The notes: a model not told the origin generated them from the letters alone. Shown: positions 1 through 7,301, counted from the first letter of the stretch. The stretch is 32,000 bases of DNA from Candidatus Electronema halotolerans (GCA_942493095.1 OW818675.1:690001-722000); one strand, 5' to 3'. Program-made: numbers and translations.

Positions 1-122
1 AGAAGGATACTGATGCCCGTTGGACCAAAAAGAACGGCAGAAGCTTTTTTGGTTATAAAAATCATATATCTGTTGATGTGAAGCATAAATTCATCCGAAA
101 ATATGCGGTGACCAGCGCCGAG

Positions 123-1386
123 CTTACCATCCATCACTTTTTCGCAATGTAAAAAACAAGGGAGGCAGGGGACGGAGCATCTGAGCGTATCTTCTGAGCA
201 GCCTGAGTCCTCTTTTGAAATAAGAACAGACACTTCTCCAAGTTTTTCTGACGACTGGCGGCAGCTCATGCTGTTCCGCATCCTTGTCGGCAACGTCGTC
301 AAATCCGAAATTTTCAGTTTTTTTTCTCTTGGAAGCGGGTTCCGCATCCTGTCGCGGAGTCCGGCGAGTACGCACCAGTGCATGGCGACCGAGAGGATCA
401 GCATCAGTCTGGCGATTCTGTCGGCGCGCTCCAGTTTTGTGTCCTCCAAACCGAACCCCCTGGTTTTGAAATCGCTGAACACGGCCTCGCATCCCCAGCG
501 CATGCCGTAATCAAGTGTTTTATAATAATTTGGCTCAGTTCCTCCGACTGCCAGCAGCCAAGGCTCATCATGTCCCGGCTCCTGGAGAATGCTTAAATTT
601 GTCTGAACCCGCTGTTCTGTCAGATAAATATTTTTCATAAACAGTTCCTTGCGACCTTTCTTTTCAGCAGGAACAAGGTCCGCAAGAGATGTCTCATCGC
701 CGGCCTCATTGAAAACTTTAAGATTTTCCTTGAGGCGGAGCCGATAATCCCAGCCGCTGCGGTGGCAGAATGCAATCAGCGGCGCTTGACCGTAAAAACG
801 GTCGCCGAGCAGCAGCACTCTGCTGCCCTCTGGAAGGAATGATTTTATTTTTTCAAGAAGTTCCATGCAGATATCCGAGCCGATATTGCCCTGTCCTTTT
901 CGGACCCGCCATAGCAGAGGCAGGGCCCGACCGCCGAAGCGCAATGACAGCGAAAGAATGCCGAAACGGTCGGATAGCTGCGTCTGGTCAATGCACAGAA
1001 TCAGCGTTTCTCCCGAAGCGGAGGCCGTCTCCAATGCCTGACGGATGAAAGGCCGCATCACATCATCATTGTCGATTGAGTCTGTGCTCAGGAAACGGCT
1101 TAACCACTGATATCGCATGTCAATCCGTTCTGTTTCCAGCGGAAGGACAGCCGCCATGTCCATAGTATTGCAACTCTGAACTTCCAAAACCGCCGCCGCG
1201 CACAAGCTTAACTTGCGCAGAGGATTCCTGTTAATTCCGGGCAAAACGTCTCGCAGGCCGGACGAGATTTCCTCTGCCAGATGACTGATCGTGCTCATAT
1301 TTCACAGAGTTTGAATAAACGAATTGTTTTTTCAATCTTTTTACTCCGGCGTTCAAGCTCTGTCAAGAAAAGTGATGGATGGTAAG
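123..1386 (-). mobile_element. Nested IS4-family-like insertion sequence, 1264 bp
   Basis: A perfect 19-bp terminal inverted repeat is present: cttaccatccatcactttt at 123-141 and its reverse complement at 1368-1386. A 10-bp direct repeat, cagcgccgag, flanks the element at 113-122 and 1387-1396. Removing the element plus one repeat copy restores the IS5 transposase reading frame. Confidence 0.9.
124..1298 (-). CDS. IS4-family-like DDE transposase. It needs a -1 frame change at an A8 run (plus-strand T8, 318-325) to reach its C-terminus.
   Basis: The ORF starts at the ATG at 1298-1296: MSTISHLAEEISSGL...LILCIDQTQL...LLLGDRFYG...YGMRWGCEAVFSDFKTRGFGLED (a Y-2-R-3-E-6-K signature). This frame has no stop before the window edge, which explains its absence from the ORF track. 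The protein-like C-terminus ...SYFKRGLRLLRRYAQ...SDGW* is in the -1 frame (track ORF 124..492) and stops at 124-126, just inside the TIR. Confidence 0.75.
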
Positions 1387-1842
1387 CAGCGCCGAGGTTC
1401 ATGACAGCAATATTTTTGAGGAGCTGCTTGACCCTGACAACACCAGTCGGGATATCTATGCGGATTCGGCATACAGATCTGAAAAAAAGCTCAACTGGTT
1501 GAACGAGAATGGATACAGAGAGCATCTGAACCGCAAAGGAACACGAAGCCGGAAACTGACCGAATGGGAGAAGCAGGGAAATCGGACAAGATCAAAAATT
1601 CGCTCCCGGATTGAACACGTCTTCGGCATCCAGGCGCAACGTGCTGGCAATATGATTCTCCGAGGAACAGGTTTCATTCGCGCTGCTGCGAAAATAGGCT
1701 TGAGAAACTTGACGTTCAATATTGACAGGTACGGAACTCTTAATAAAATTTAAGATTTAAAAAAAAGAAACGCATTCAGGAACATATTTCAACGGAAGTT
1801 TGCTCAAAATAAATAAAAAACAGGAAATAACAATTTAGGTCG

Positions 1843-2541
1843 TCACCCTGTTGAGTGTTGTTTTTCAATCACGACCATGCTGAAGACCTCTTTCAGCGTC
1901 CAAATATGGTCTGTCAAGTCCGCCGCCATAGCCGGTGTGCGCGACAGCCATTTCAGCCCTGAGTTTTCGTCAGCATTCAGCCTCAAAGTTTTCAGCGGTT
2001 TGATGAAATTATAATACATATCCTCCAGTGCGGCGGCGACTTTATGCATGTCAATGTTCTTGGAGAAAGCGATGCCTTTCCGAGTCAGGCGGCTGCTGAA
2101 AGTCCGCATGGTTAGATGGCTGCGTTCAATATAGGCCGTGCTTTTTCCAAAGATTTTATCAAGTTCTCTCATGCTCCCATGCACCGCCTTGCGCCGTGTG
2201 CCGAGAAAATTCCCCTTCTCATCCCGCTGCTTGATGATTTGCAAATATTTCCATCCGGGTTGAGGCCGCTTTTTCGAGGGAGGTCTGCCTTTTCCGGAAT
2301 ATTCAGGAACTTTTCCAAAAATTTCCAGCATCGCCTCCCGGATGCCGCCCCAGCCGTCTGAAACTGTCGGCGGCGGGCCGTCGGAATGCCCGCGTTCCTT
2401 GAGCTGCCGGAAGACGGCGGCGGAAGCTTCCGTCTCCGATTTGCCGAATCCCCGCCCGGCACGCAGGCGGCTGTCCATGTCCATCATCGTCGAACGGAAA
2501 AACTGGCCGCTCGCCTCAGTTTCCGCATGTCCTTTTTTTTT
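1843..2541 (-). CDS. IS1-family InsB-like transposase catalytic part, open from the A9 run onward
   Basis: YIERSHLTMRTFSSRLTRKGIAFSKNIDMHKV resembles the IS1 InsB motif [32 protein letters not shown]. The frame stays open upstream of the listed Met through the T9 run at 2533-2541 (KKKGHAETEASGQFFRSTMMDMD...). It lies +1 (= -2) relative to orfA. Confidence 0.7.
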   Translation of the reverse strand, partial: KKKGHAETEASGQFFRSTMMDMDSRLRAGRGFGKSETEASAAVFRQLKERGHSDGPPPTVSDGWGGIREAMLEIFGKVPEYSGKGRPPSKKRPQPGWKYLQIIKQRDEKGNFLGTRRKAVHGSMRELDKIFGKSTAYIERSHLTMRTFSSRLTRKGIAFSKNIDMHKVAAALEDMYYNFIKPLKTLRLNADENSGLKWLSRTPAMAADLTDHIWTLKEVFSMVVIEKQHSTG

Positions 2542-2989
2542 CGCCCTTATTCTTCACATAAGACCATAAGCCGTCAAGCTGGCCCCGGCTGATGCGGAAT
2601 TCGGAAAGAAGAACATTTTCAACAGCTTCAACATGCTCGGCTGCTTCCGTCAGCCAAGCGGCGACTGTGTCTTCCTTGTGCCCTTTCACCCGGCTCACGC
2701 TGCTGATCCGTGATCCTTCCGCAAGCAGGGCAAGACACTCAACAATTTCAGCATCATCCGTCCGGCGGCGATAAAATATCGTCCCTCGCGTCGCAGTGAA
2801 CGTTCTTCCGCAACTCAGGCATTTAAAACGCTGAACGCCTGCACGAGTGCGGCCATATCTGATAATTCGACCGTCAAGCTGCTCATAATCAGAACAGGCG
2901 GGGTTCGGACAAAAACTGCCGACTTTCGCAAGTTCAGCCATCTTTTCCTCCTTCTTTGAAATAGTTGACACACACAGAAGGATAAACAA
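2516..2989 (-). CDS. IS1-family InsA-like protein (zinc-finger/HTH)
   Basis: A CxxC...CxxC motif (CPNPACSDYE...FKCLSCGRTF) is followed by an HTH-like region. The ORF ends just after an A9 run (GEKKRTCGN*). This is the same layout as IS1 insA. Confidence 0.7.
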   Translation of the reverse strand: MFILLCVSTISKKEEKMAELAKVGSFCPNPACSDYEQLDGRIIRYGRTRAGVQRFKCLSCGRTFTATRGTIFYRRRTDDAEIVECLALLAEGSRISSVSRVKGHKEDTVAAWLTEAAEHVEAVENVLLSEFRISRGQLDGLWSYVKNKGEKKRTCGN

Positions 2990-3020
2990 TTATTCAACAA
3001 CTCTCAAGAGGGAGACCGCC

Positions 3021-3145
3021 GAAATTTCACGCCGGAATACAGACTGAGAATCGGAAATTATCGAATTCTGTTCGAGATTGAAGAGGATAAAATTGTAATC
3101 TATCGCATTTCTCACAGAAAAGAATCATACAAGGTGAAATCATGA
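3021..3145 (+). pseudogene. RelE/ParE-family toxin, C-terminal fragment truncated by the IS1-like element
   Basis: Translation is ...NFTPEYRLRIGNYRILFEIEEDKIVIYRISHRKESYKVKS*. The YRLRIGxYRIL(F/Y)xI...HRK pattern is the conserved RelE C-terminus. No N-terminal half is present. The stop overlaps the next ATG (ATGA at 3142-3145). Confidence 0.7.
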
Positions 3146-3420
3146 AGCTGCATCCGCAGATTATTCAAAAAGAAGGAAAGAACGAGTTTATGGTTCTCCC
3201 GTTTGCAGAATTTGAAGCAATCACTGAAATTTTGGAAAACTATGAGGATTTACGGGAACTGCGGGAAGCAAAAGAGCAGGCGGCAGGGCAGAAGCCTGTG
3301 CCGTTGCATGAGGTTATTGCCGAGCTTGGCTTGCGGCCAAAGCTGCTTGCTTGCAGAGGGAATGCAATGAAGGGAGGCAGTCTCATTGTGAAATTCACTC
3401 GTAATGCGACCACATCCTAA
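3142..3420 (+). CDS. Type II antitoxin paired with the truncated RelE-like toxin (toxin-first arrangement)
   Basis: MKLHPQIIQKEGKNEFMVLPFAEFEAITEILENYEDLRELREAKEQ... is a typical small acidic antitoxin. It is translationally coupled to the upstream toxin fragment. The last ~28 aa overlap the convergent yoeB-like gene and may be a non-native extension. Confidence 0.6.
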   Translation: MKLHPQIIQKEGKNEFMVLPFAEFEAITEILENYEDLRELREAKEQAAGQKPVPLHEVIAELGLRPKLLACRGNAMKGGSLIVKFTRNATTS

Positions 3421-3661
3421 GAATATGCACAACATTTTCAGTCTGATCAACTGAATAAACGAGCCTGTGCTGTATGTTTATTCGTCGGGAATAGAACCCG
3501 CTCAAATTCCCCACCAACTTTTTATAAGCTGGTTGCCGAGCAAACGGGTCTTCTTGCAGGATGTGCAAAAGTTGCTCCGCCTTTGGTCGCAAACCTGCTT
3601 GGTTCAGTCTCTTGGCATCCTTGACCGCCTGACTGGATAACACAACCCGCCATTTCACCAT
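3395..3661 (-). CDS. YoeB/Txe-family toxin
   Basis: LSGFYSRRINIQHRLVYSV...ILRMWSHYE matches the conserved YoeB/Txe C-terminal motif. It overlaps the upstream antitoxin by 7 nt. Confidence 0.8.
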   Translation of the reverse strand: MVKWRVVLSSQAVKDAKRLNQAGLRPKAEQLLHILQEDPFARQPAYKKLVGNLSGFYSRRINIQHRLVYSVDQTENVVHILRMWSHYE

Positions 3662-3906
3662 TCCAAATCCTCAAGAGCTGTGCCATCCTCAAACGGTTCA
3701 CGGCTTGCCTCCTGAATGCTTTCCGCCAGCTTTGGAAACTGGTTGAGGTAAATTGTCTCTGCTATTGCTTCCCAGTCCTCCTCACCCAGCACGACAAAGT
3801 TCTCACCATTTCGTCTGATGACCCGTAAAACTTCGTGATTTTCTATACATCGGTCAACCTCTGGCTTTAACTGCTGACGAAAGCGGTTTGCTGTTGTTTC
3901 TCTCAT
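3655..3906 (-). CDS. Phd/YefM-family antitoxin
   Basis: 83 aa with an N-terminal Phd/YefM-like fold signature (FRQQLKPEVDRCIENHEVLRVIRRNGENFVVLGEEDWEAIAETI). It lies immediately upstream of and overlaps the YoeB-like toxin. AGGAG is present upstream of the ATG. Confidence 0.8.
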   Translation of the reverse strand: MRETTANRFRQQLKPEVDRCIENHEVLRVIRRNGENFVVLGEEDWEAIAETIYLNQFPKLAESIQEASREPFEDGTALEDLEW

Positions 3907-3928
3907 AGTTCCTTGCTCCTAAAAGATG

Positions 3929-3975
3929 AAAAAGCGGTACTATTTATCGTACCGCTTTTTTGTGTTGCTTGTCAA
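3929..3975 (-). promoter_or_regulatory. Putative promoter with an overlapping operator palindrome for the phd/yoeB-like operon
   Basis: Perfect 12-bp inverted arms aaaaagcggtac (3929-3940) and gtaccgcttttt (3949-3960) lie 22 nt upstream of the start codon. On the minus strand, TTGACA (3975-3970), an 18-nt spacer and TACGAT overlap the palindrome. The structure could also act as a bidirectional terminator. Confidence 0.4.
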
Positions 3976-4085
3976 ATCAGCAAAACAAGTCTTCCTGCCG
4001 TCACTGGTTCGTTTTAAAACGGTTAATCCCAAACCACTCCCCCCACTTCTTTTCTATTGACTTCCTCCGCAAAATTGCGGCACAT

Positions 4086-4115
4086 CGTAGGGACAATTCA
4101 TGAATTGTCCCTACG
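4086..4115. repeat. REP-like perfect 30-bp palindrome
   Basis: The sequence cgtagggacaattcatgaattgtccctacg is perfectly self-complementary. The same 28-bp core recurs at 5775-5802, and a half-site occurs at 5188-5200. These flank a RAYT gene. Confidence 0.85.
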
Positions 4116-4134
4116 TTTTACCTCTGTATTTGCC

Positions 4135-4262
4135 TTACTGCTCCCCCGCCGTAATCTCATCCCCAGGCAACGGTGGCCGCTCAGGCACCTTGTCCAATAT
4201 GCTCCTGAATGCGGCCCGGTCTGCTCTTTTCGCCCGTTGCTTGATTACGATTCTTCGCAGGC
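4135..4262 (-). pseudogene. Orphan 3' remnant of an RHH/HicB-like antitoxin gene (copy A)
   Basis: The minus strand reads ...QRAKRADRAAFRSILDKVPERPPLPGDEITAGEQ*. This is near-identical at the nucleotide level to the 3' end of the intact antitoxin at 6524..6775. There is no N-terminal half and no start codon. Confidence 0.75.
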
Positions 4263-4277
4263 TATGAATGATGAATG

Positions 4278-4827
4278 TCAAAGCGATTTCCACGGATTGA
4301 ACACCGCCTGATGACTGGGGGCAAAATCGTCCTCATTTCGGGTTACGACCACCATCTGATGTGCTGCTGCTGTGGCGGCAATGTAGCCGTCAATAATCGA
4401 CATTCTCTGTCCTGCATCCTCTGCCTGAGCTTGCAGCATTCCCCACGCTTCAGCTATCGCACGATCAACAGGAATAATCCGGTCGCTGTAATCTGCCAGA
4501 AGCGTTTCAAGCCAGCCCAGCAGCTTGGTTTTCTTCTTTGATTCAGGCAGCCTCGTATAGCAGTTACGAGTTGGACAGTTACCAAATATCCTTGCCTTGT
4601 CAAAAGTTTTATCTATTTAAATTCAACTTATTACGTGCTTATCGGCATGTTGAACTGATCGCCATTTCGCGTGTAACCGCTATAATACCACGTTTCAACT
4701 CGCCAATCGTGAGCGCACTCAGAAACAGACGTTCAGAAGGAACTGAGGCGAGCCACTCCAGCACTGCCGCATTGGGAACCGGTCGCACCAGTTCAGAAAT
4801 GACGCAGGTATCGAGCAGATAGTTCAT
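4278..4827 (-). pseudogene. vapC: VapC/FitB-like PIN-domain toxin interrupted by a MITE
   Basis: The N-terminal part is MNYLLDTCVISELVRPVPNAAVLEWLASVPSERLFLSALTIGELKRGI (4827 down to 4685). The C-terminal part is TRLPESKKKTKLLGWLETLL...IIDGYIAATAAAHQMVVVTRNEDDF...KSL* (4556 down to 4278) and lies in a different frame. Deleting 4558-4684 joins the two parts in frame. Confidence 0.85.
4556..4684. mobile_element. MITE (about 125 bp) with 12-bp TIRs and a TA duplication, inserted in vapC
   Basis: The TIRs are tatagcagttac (4556-4567) and gtaaccgctata (4673-4684), with 1 mismatch. The TA dinucleotide occurs at both junctions. There is no coding capacity. The 127 extra nt (element plus one TA) account exactly for the frame break. 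Confidence 0.8.
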
Positions 4828-5078
4828 AGGTCAAGCTCCCGTGGATATTCCTGCCGCCGCTGAAACGGATCGTCAGCATCGAGCTTGGGGCAGCTCAACA
4901 GGAAGTCTGCAAATGACTGCTTCTGCGAAGTTAATTTTTCGTAGTCCCGAACTGACAGCACAACGACGGCATCAACACCCCGCCGCATGACATATTGCGG
5001 CCCTTGTGTCAGAGCTTCATTGACGAGCTGACTGAATTTGTTTTTTGCATCCTGAAGGGTCCAGTTTGTCTTGAGCAT
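4824..5078 (-). CDS. Phd/YefM-type (VapB-like) antitoxin of the vapC module
   Basis: MLKTNWTLQDAKNKFSQLVNEALTQGPQYVMRRGVDAVVVLSVRDYEKL is a typical antitoxin N-terminus. There is a 4-nt overlap with the vapC start. Confidence 0.8.
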   Translation of the reverse strand: MLKTNWTLQDAKNKFSQLVNEALTQGPQYVMRRGVDAVVVLSVRDYEKLTSQKQSFADFLLSCPKLDADDPFQRRQEYPRELDL

Positions 5079-5103
5079 GTTTTTTCTCCGGTCTTTTAAG
5101 GTG

Positions 5104-5135
5104 TACTCATCTGGACAGGCTAGCTGAAAAAGCGT
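5104..5135 (-). promoter_or_regulatory. Putative vapBC promoter with an operator inverted repeat
   Basis: On the minus strand: TTGACA (5135-5130), a 17-nt spacer and TAGCCT (5112-5107). The inverted repeat gacaggc (5104-5110) / gcctgtc (5127-5133) spans the promoter. Confidence 0.4.
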
Positions 5136-5187
5136 TGCCTGTCAAGTCTTTCTGCATTCCCTCCTTTTCTGTTGACTTTCCCCGCCA

Positions 5188-5200
5188 AATTGTCCCTACG
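5188..5200. repeat. REP half-site upstream of the RAYT gene
   Basis: aattgtccctacg equals the right arm of the 4086-4115 palindrome. It is preceded by ttttctgttgactttccccgccaaattg, which matches the sequence preceding the REP at 4040-4085. Confidence 0.6.
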
Positions 5201-5247
5201 ATAGGCGACGATACGCGACGAAACCACGGGATATTCAATCATCTGTC

Positions 5248-5763
5248 ATGTCATACAACCCCGACATCCATCACCGCCGTTCCATCCGCCTGCGCGGGTA
5301 CGATTATTCTCAGGCCGGGGTCTATTTCGTCACCTTATGCACCCATAACCGGGAATGTTTGTTCGGAGAAATTGCCAACGGGGCTATGCAATTGAATGCG
5401 GCGGGAAAAATTGTGGCGGACGAATGGTTGAAAATCGCGCAGATTCGTGATGAAATCGAATTGGACGAATGGGCCGTGATGCCGAATCATTTGCATGGCA
5501 TTATGGTTTTGACCGACACCGTAGGGGCGAAAAATTTTTCGCTCCTACAAAACGGCACATCGAAAACAATTGGCTCAATCGTGCGCGGATTTAAAATTGG
5601 GGTAACAAAATGGATGCGGTAACATACCGATATTCATACCGCCTGGCAGGGCAATTATTGGGAGCACATCATCCGCGATGAAGCCGACCTGCGCCGCATC
5701 CGCGAATACATCTGCAACAATCCGGCCCGCTGGGAAGAAGATGATTTGTATCCCCATTCGTAG
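5248..5763 (+). pseudogene. REP-associated tyrosine transposase (RAYT, IS200/IS605 TnpA-like) with an in-frame TAA at 5620-5622
   Basis: The HUH motif is present in the listed ORF (VMPNHLHGIM). After the TAA, the same frame continues HTDIHTAWQGNYWEHIIRDEADLRRIREYICNNPARWEEDDLYPHS* to 5763. This segment carries the catalytic-Tyr motif (YWEHIIR). The gene is flanked by REP palindromes. Confidence 0.85.
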
Positions 5764-5773
5764 AGACAATATC

Positions 5774-5803
5774 TGTAGGGACAATTCATGAATTGTCCCT
5801 ACA
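5774..5803. repeat. REP-like perfect 30-bp palindrome (second copy)
   Basis: tgtagggacaattcatgaattgtccctaca has a 28-bp core identical to 4087-4114. It lies 11 nt after the RAYT stop codon. Confidence 0.85.
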
Positions 5804-5890
5804 TCTTGCACGGCGTAATCTCATCCCCCGGCAACGGTGCCCGTTCAGGCACCTTGTCCAATATGCTCCTGAATGCGGCCCGGTCTGCCC
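5799..5890 (-). pseudogene. Orphan 3' remnant of an RHH/HicB-like antitoxin gene (copy B)
   Basis: The minus strand reads ...EGADRAAFRSILDKVPERAPLPGDEITPCKM*. This is the same ~85-nt module as at 4135 and 6524. The extreme 3' end is replaced by the REP palindrome. Confidence 0.7.
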
Positions 5891-5936
5891 CTTCCTGCTC
5901 CTTGATTTGTACATGCAAATGATGTACAAATAATAT

Positions 5937-6221
5937 ATGAAATACGAATGGAATCCAGAGAAAAACGCAGCCTTGAAGCAGAAGCGGAATATCTCCTTTG
6001 AAGAGATCATTTTCCATCTTTCCCAAGGAGACCTCTGGAAAACGGCTGATCATCCTGATCAGGAAAAATATCCCGGACAAAAGCTGTATTTCGTTTGTAT
6101 TGACGAATACATCTATATCGTTCCGCATGTGATCAGCAAAGAACACATCTTCTTAAAAACCATCATTCCAAGCAGAAAGGCGACTAAGTTGTATAAAGCT
6201 GAAATGGAGAAACAGAAATGA
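5937..6221 (+). CDS. brnT: BrnT-like (DUF497-type) toxin
   Basis: MKYEWNPEKNAALKQKRNISFEEI...IFLKTIIPSRKATKLY resembles BrnT-family ribonuclease toxins. There is a 4-nt overlap with the downstream antitoxin-like ORF. Confidence 0.65.
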   Translation: MKYEWNPEKNAALKQKRNISFEEIIFHLSQGDLWKTADHPDQEKYPGQKLYFVCIDEYIYIVPHVISKEHIFLKTIIPSRKATKLYKAEMEKQK

Positions 6222-6490
6222 AATATGACGACGAAGAAAAAATGATTCTTGATGCCTTGGATAGCGACAAGATGCAACTTTCTGACCCTTCAAAAGAAGA
6301 GCTGAAGACTGTCAAGGCAGCAGCAAGAAATACCTTTAAAAAAAATAAACGGGTGACGATTCGTTTGTATGACCATGATTTTGCAGGCATCCAGAAAAAG
6401 GCTCTGGAAATGGGAATACCTTACCAAACGCTTATTTCTGGTATTATTCACCGTTATGTTGAAGGTGATATAAAGATTAAGCCTGCATAA
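6218..6490 (+). CDS. brnA: BrnA-like antitoxin (C-terminal RHH/CopG-like)
   Basis: 90 aa. ...KKNKRVTIRLYDHDFAGIQKKALEMGIPYQTLISGIIHRYVEG is the pattern typical of BrnA partners of BrnT. It is translationally coupled to the upstream gene. Confidence 0.65.
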   Translation: MKYDDEEKMILDALDSDKMQLSDPSKEELKTVKAAARNTFKKNKRVTIRLYDHDFAGIQKKALEMGIPYQTLISGIIHRYVEGDIKIKPA

Positions 6491-6523
6491 AATATTCTGG
6501 ATTGTTTTGCCCTTGCGGTTGCC

Positions 6524-6775
6524 TTACTGCTCCCCAGCCGTAATCTCATCCCCCGGCAATGGTGCCCGCTCAGGCACCTTGTCCAATATGCTCCTGAAGG
6601 CGGCTCGGTCTGCCTTTTTCTCGCGTTGCTCCAAATAATTCTTTGTTGTTAGTGCAGAAATCTTTTCAGCCACGGCAGTCGAAATAAACTGATTGATCGA
6701 CACGCCTTCATCCTCTGCTATTTGTTTGATATGGCGATGAATAGAATTGGGCAGCCGTAAACTTAATGTGCTCAT
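6524..6775 (-). CDS. RHH (HicB/Arc-like) antitoxin. This is the intact copy of the repeated 3' module.
   Basis: MSTLSLRLPNSIHRHIKQIAEDEGVSINQFISTAVAEKISAL is a ribbon-helix-helix N-terminus. The C-terminus is ADRAAFRSILDKVPERAPLPGDEITAGEQ. There is a 4-nt overlap with the upstream PIN gene. Confidence 0.8.
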   Translation of the reverse strand: MSTLSLRLPNSIHRHIKQIAEDEGVSINQFISTAVAEKISALTTKNYLEQREKKADRAAFRSILDKVPERAPLPGDEITAGEQ

Positions 6776-7185
6776 TGCATTGCCTCCAATAATTTTCCGG
6801 GGCGCAGGGCAGTCACGCCGAATTTATCGACCCCTTTGAAATCCTGCATATTATGGGTGACGATTATGTTTGCTTTTGCTGCCACAGCCACCTCAAGAAC
6901 ATGATCATCTTTCTGGTCTTTCAAATAGGGCCGCCACAGAAAGTAAATTTTCTGAAATTCGCTGAGAGCGCAGATGTTGTCAAGAACCACGTCAATCTCA
7001 TTGTCAGACAGCCCTAATTCCTTTTGTTTCCGTTTCAGCACATCTTCGTACTCAAAAAGCAGCGTTGTTGAAATAACTGGTGTTATTCTGCCAGCATCAA
7101 TGAATTTCAATATTTGATGGGATGCTCCTGCCGAGGAATACAAGCCCGCAAAGAGCACGTTGGTGTCCATGATGATTTTGCTCAT
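6772..7185 (-). CDS. PIN-domain toxin (TIGR00305-like)
   Basis: MSKIIMDTNVLFAGL...DDHVLEVAVAAKANIIVTHNMQDF carries the acidic PIN residues. The likely start is the Met at 7185. The listed extension to 7257 overlaps a RAYT-gene fragment and is not protein-like. Confidence 0.75.
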   Translation of the reverse strand: MSKIIMDTNVLFAGLYSSAGASHQILKFIDAGRITPVISTTLLFEYEDVLKRKQKELGLSDNEIDVVLDNICALSEFQKIYFLWRPYLKDQKDDHVLEVAVAAKANIIVTHNMQDFKGVDKFGVTALRPGKLLEAMQ

Positions 7186-7301
7186 AGCTGCATGATACCA
7201 AATACGGTATCGGCTTGTCAAACGGGAGTGTGACGAGGACCATCGCCGCCGTTCCATCCGCCTGCGCGATTCTTCGCTTGCTATTTGTGTGCCGCCGAGC
7301 T

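Larger units (their letters stand above)
1..1753 (+). pseudogene. IS5-family DDE transposase gene. Its 5' end lies outside the window, and it is split by a nested IS into fragments 3-122 and 1397-1753.
   Basis: Frame-3 translation of 3-122 gives KDTDARWTKKNGRSFFGYKNHISVDVKHKFIRKYAVTSAE. After deleting 123-1396 it continues in frame with VHDSNIFEELLD...SRIEHVFGIQAQ...LRNLTFNI (track ORF 1379..1753). These motifs are typical of IS5-family transposases. The right end of the IS lies somewhere in 1754-1837 and is not defined. Confidence 0.8.
1838..3020 (-). mobile_element. IS1-family-like insertion sequence (orfA/orfB type). Boundaries are approximate.
   Basis: Imperfect terminal inverted repeats: ggtcgtcaccctgttgagtgttgtt (1838-1862) against the reverse complement of 2996-3020, ggcggtctccctcttgagagttgtt (about 20/25 matches). 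The element encloses the InsA-like and InsB-like ORFs. No clear TSD is visible. It sits between the IS5 remnant and a truncated relE-like gene. Confidence 0.6.

Noticed and set aside
5799-6146. 115-aa minus-strand ORF
   Set aside because: It is a chimera of the orphan antitoxin 3' remnant (5799-5890) and the antisense of brnT. Its middle section is hydrophobic nonsense, and brnT on the plus strand has clear family motifs.
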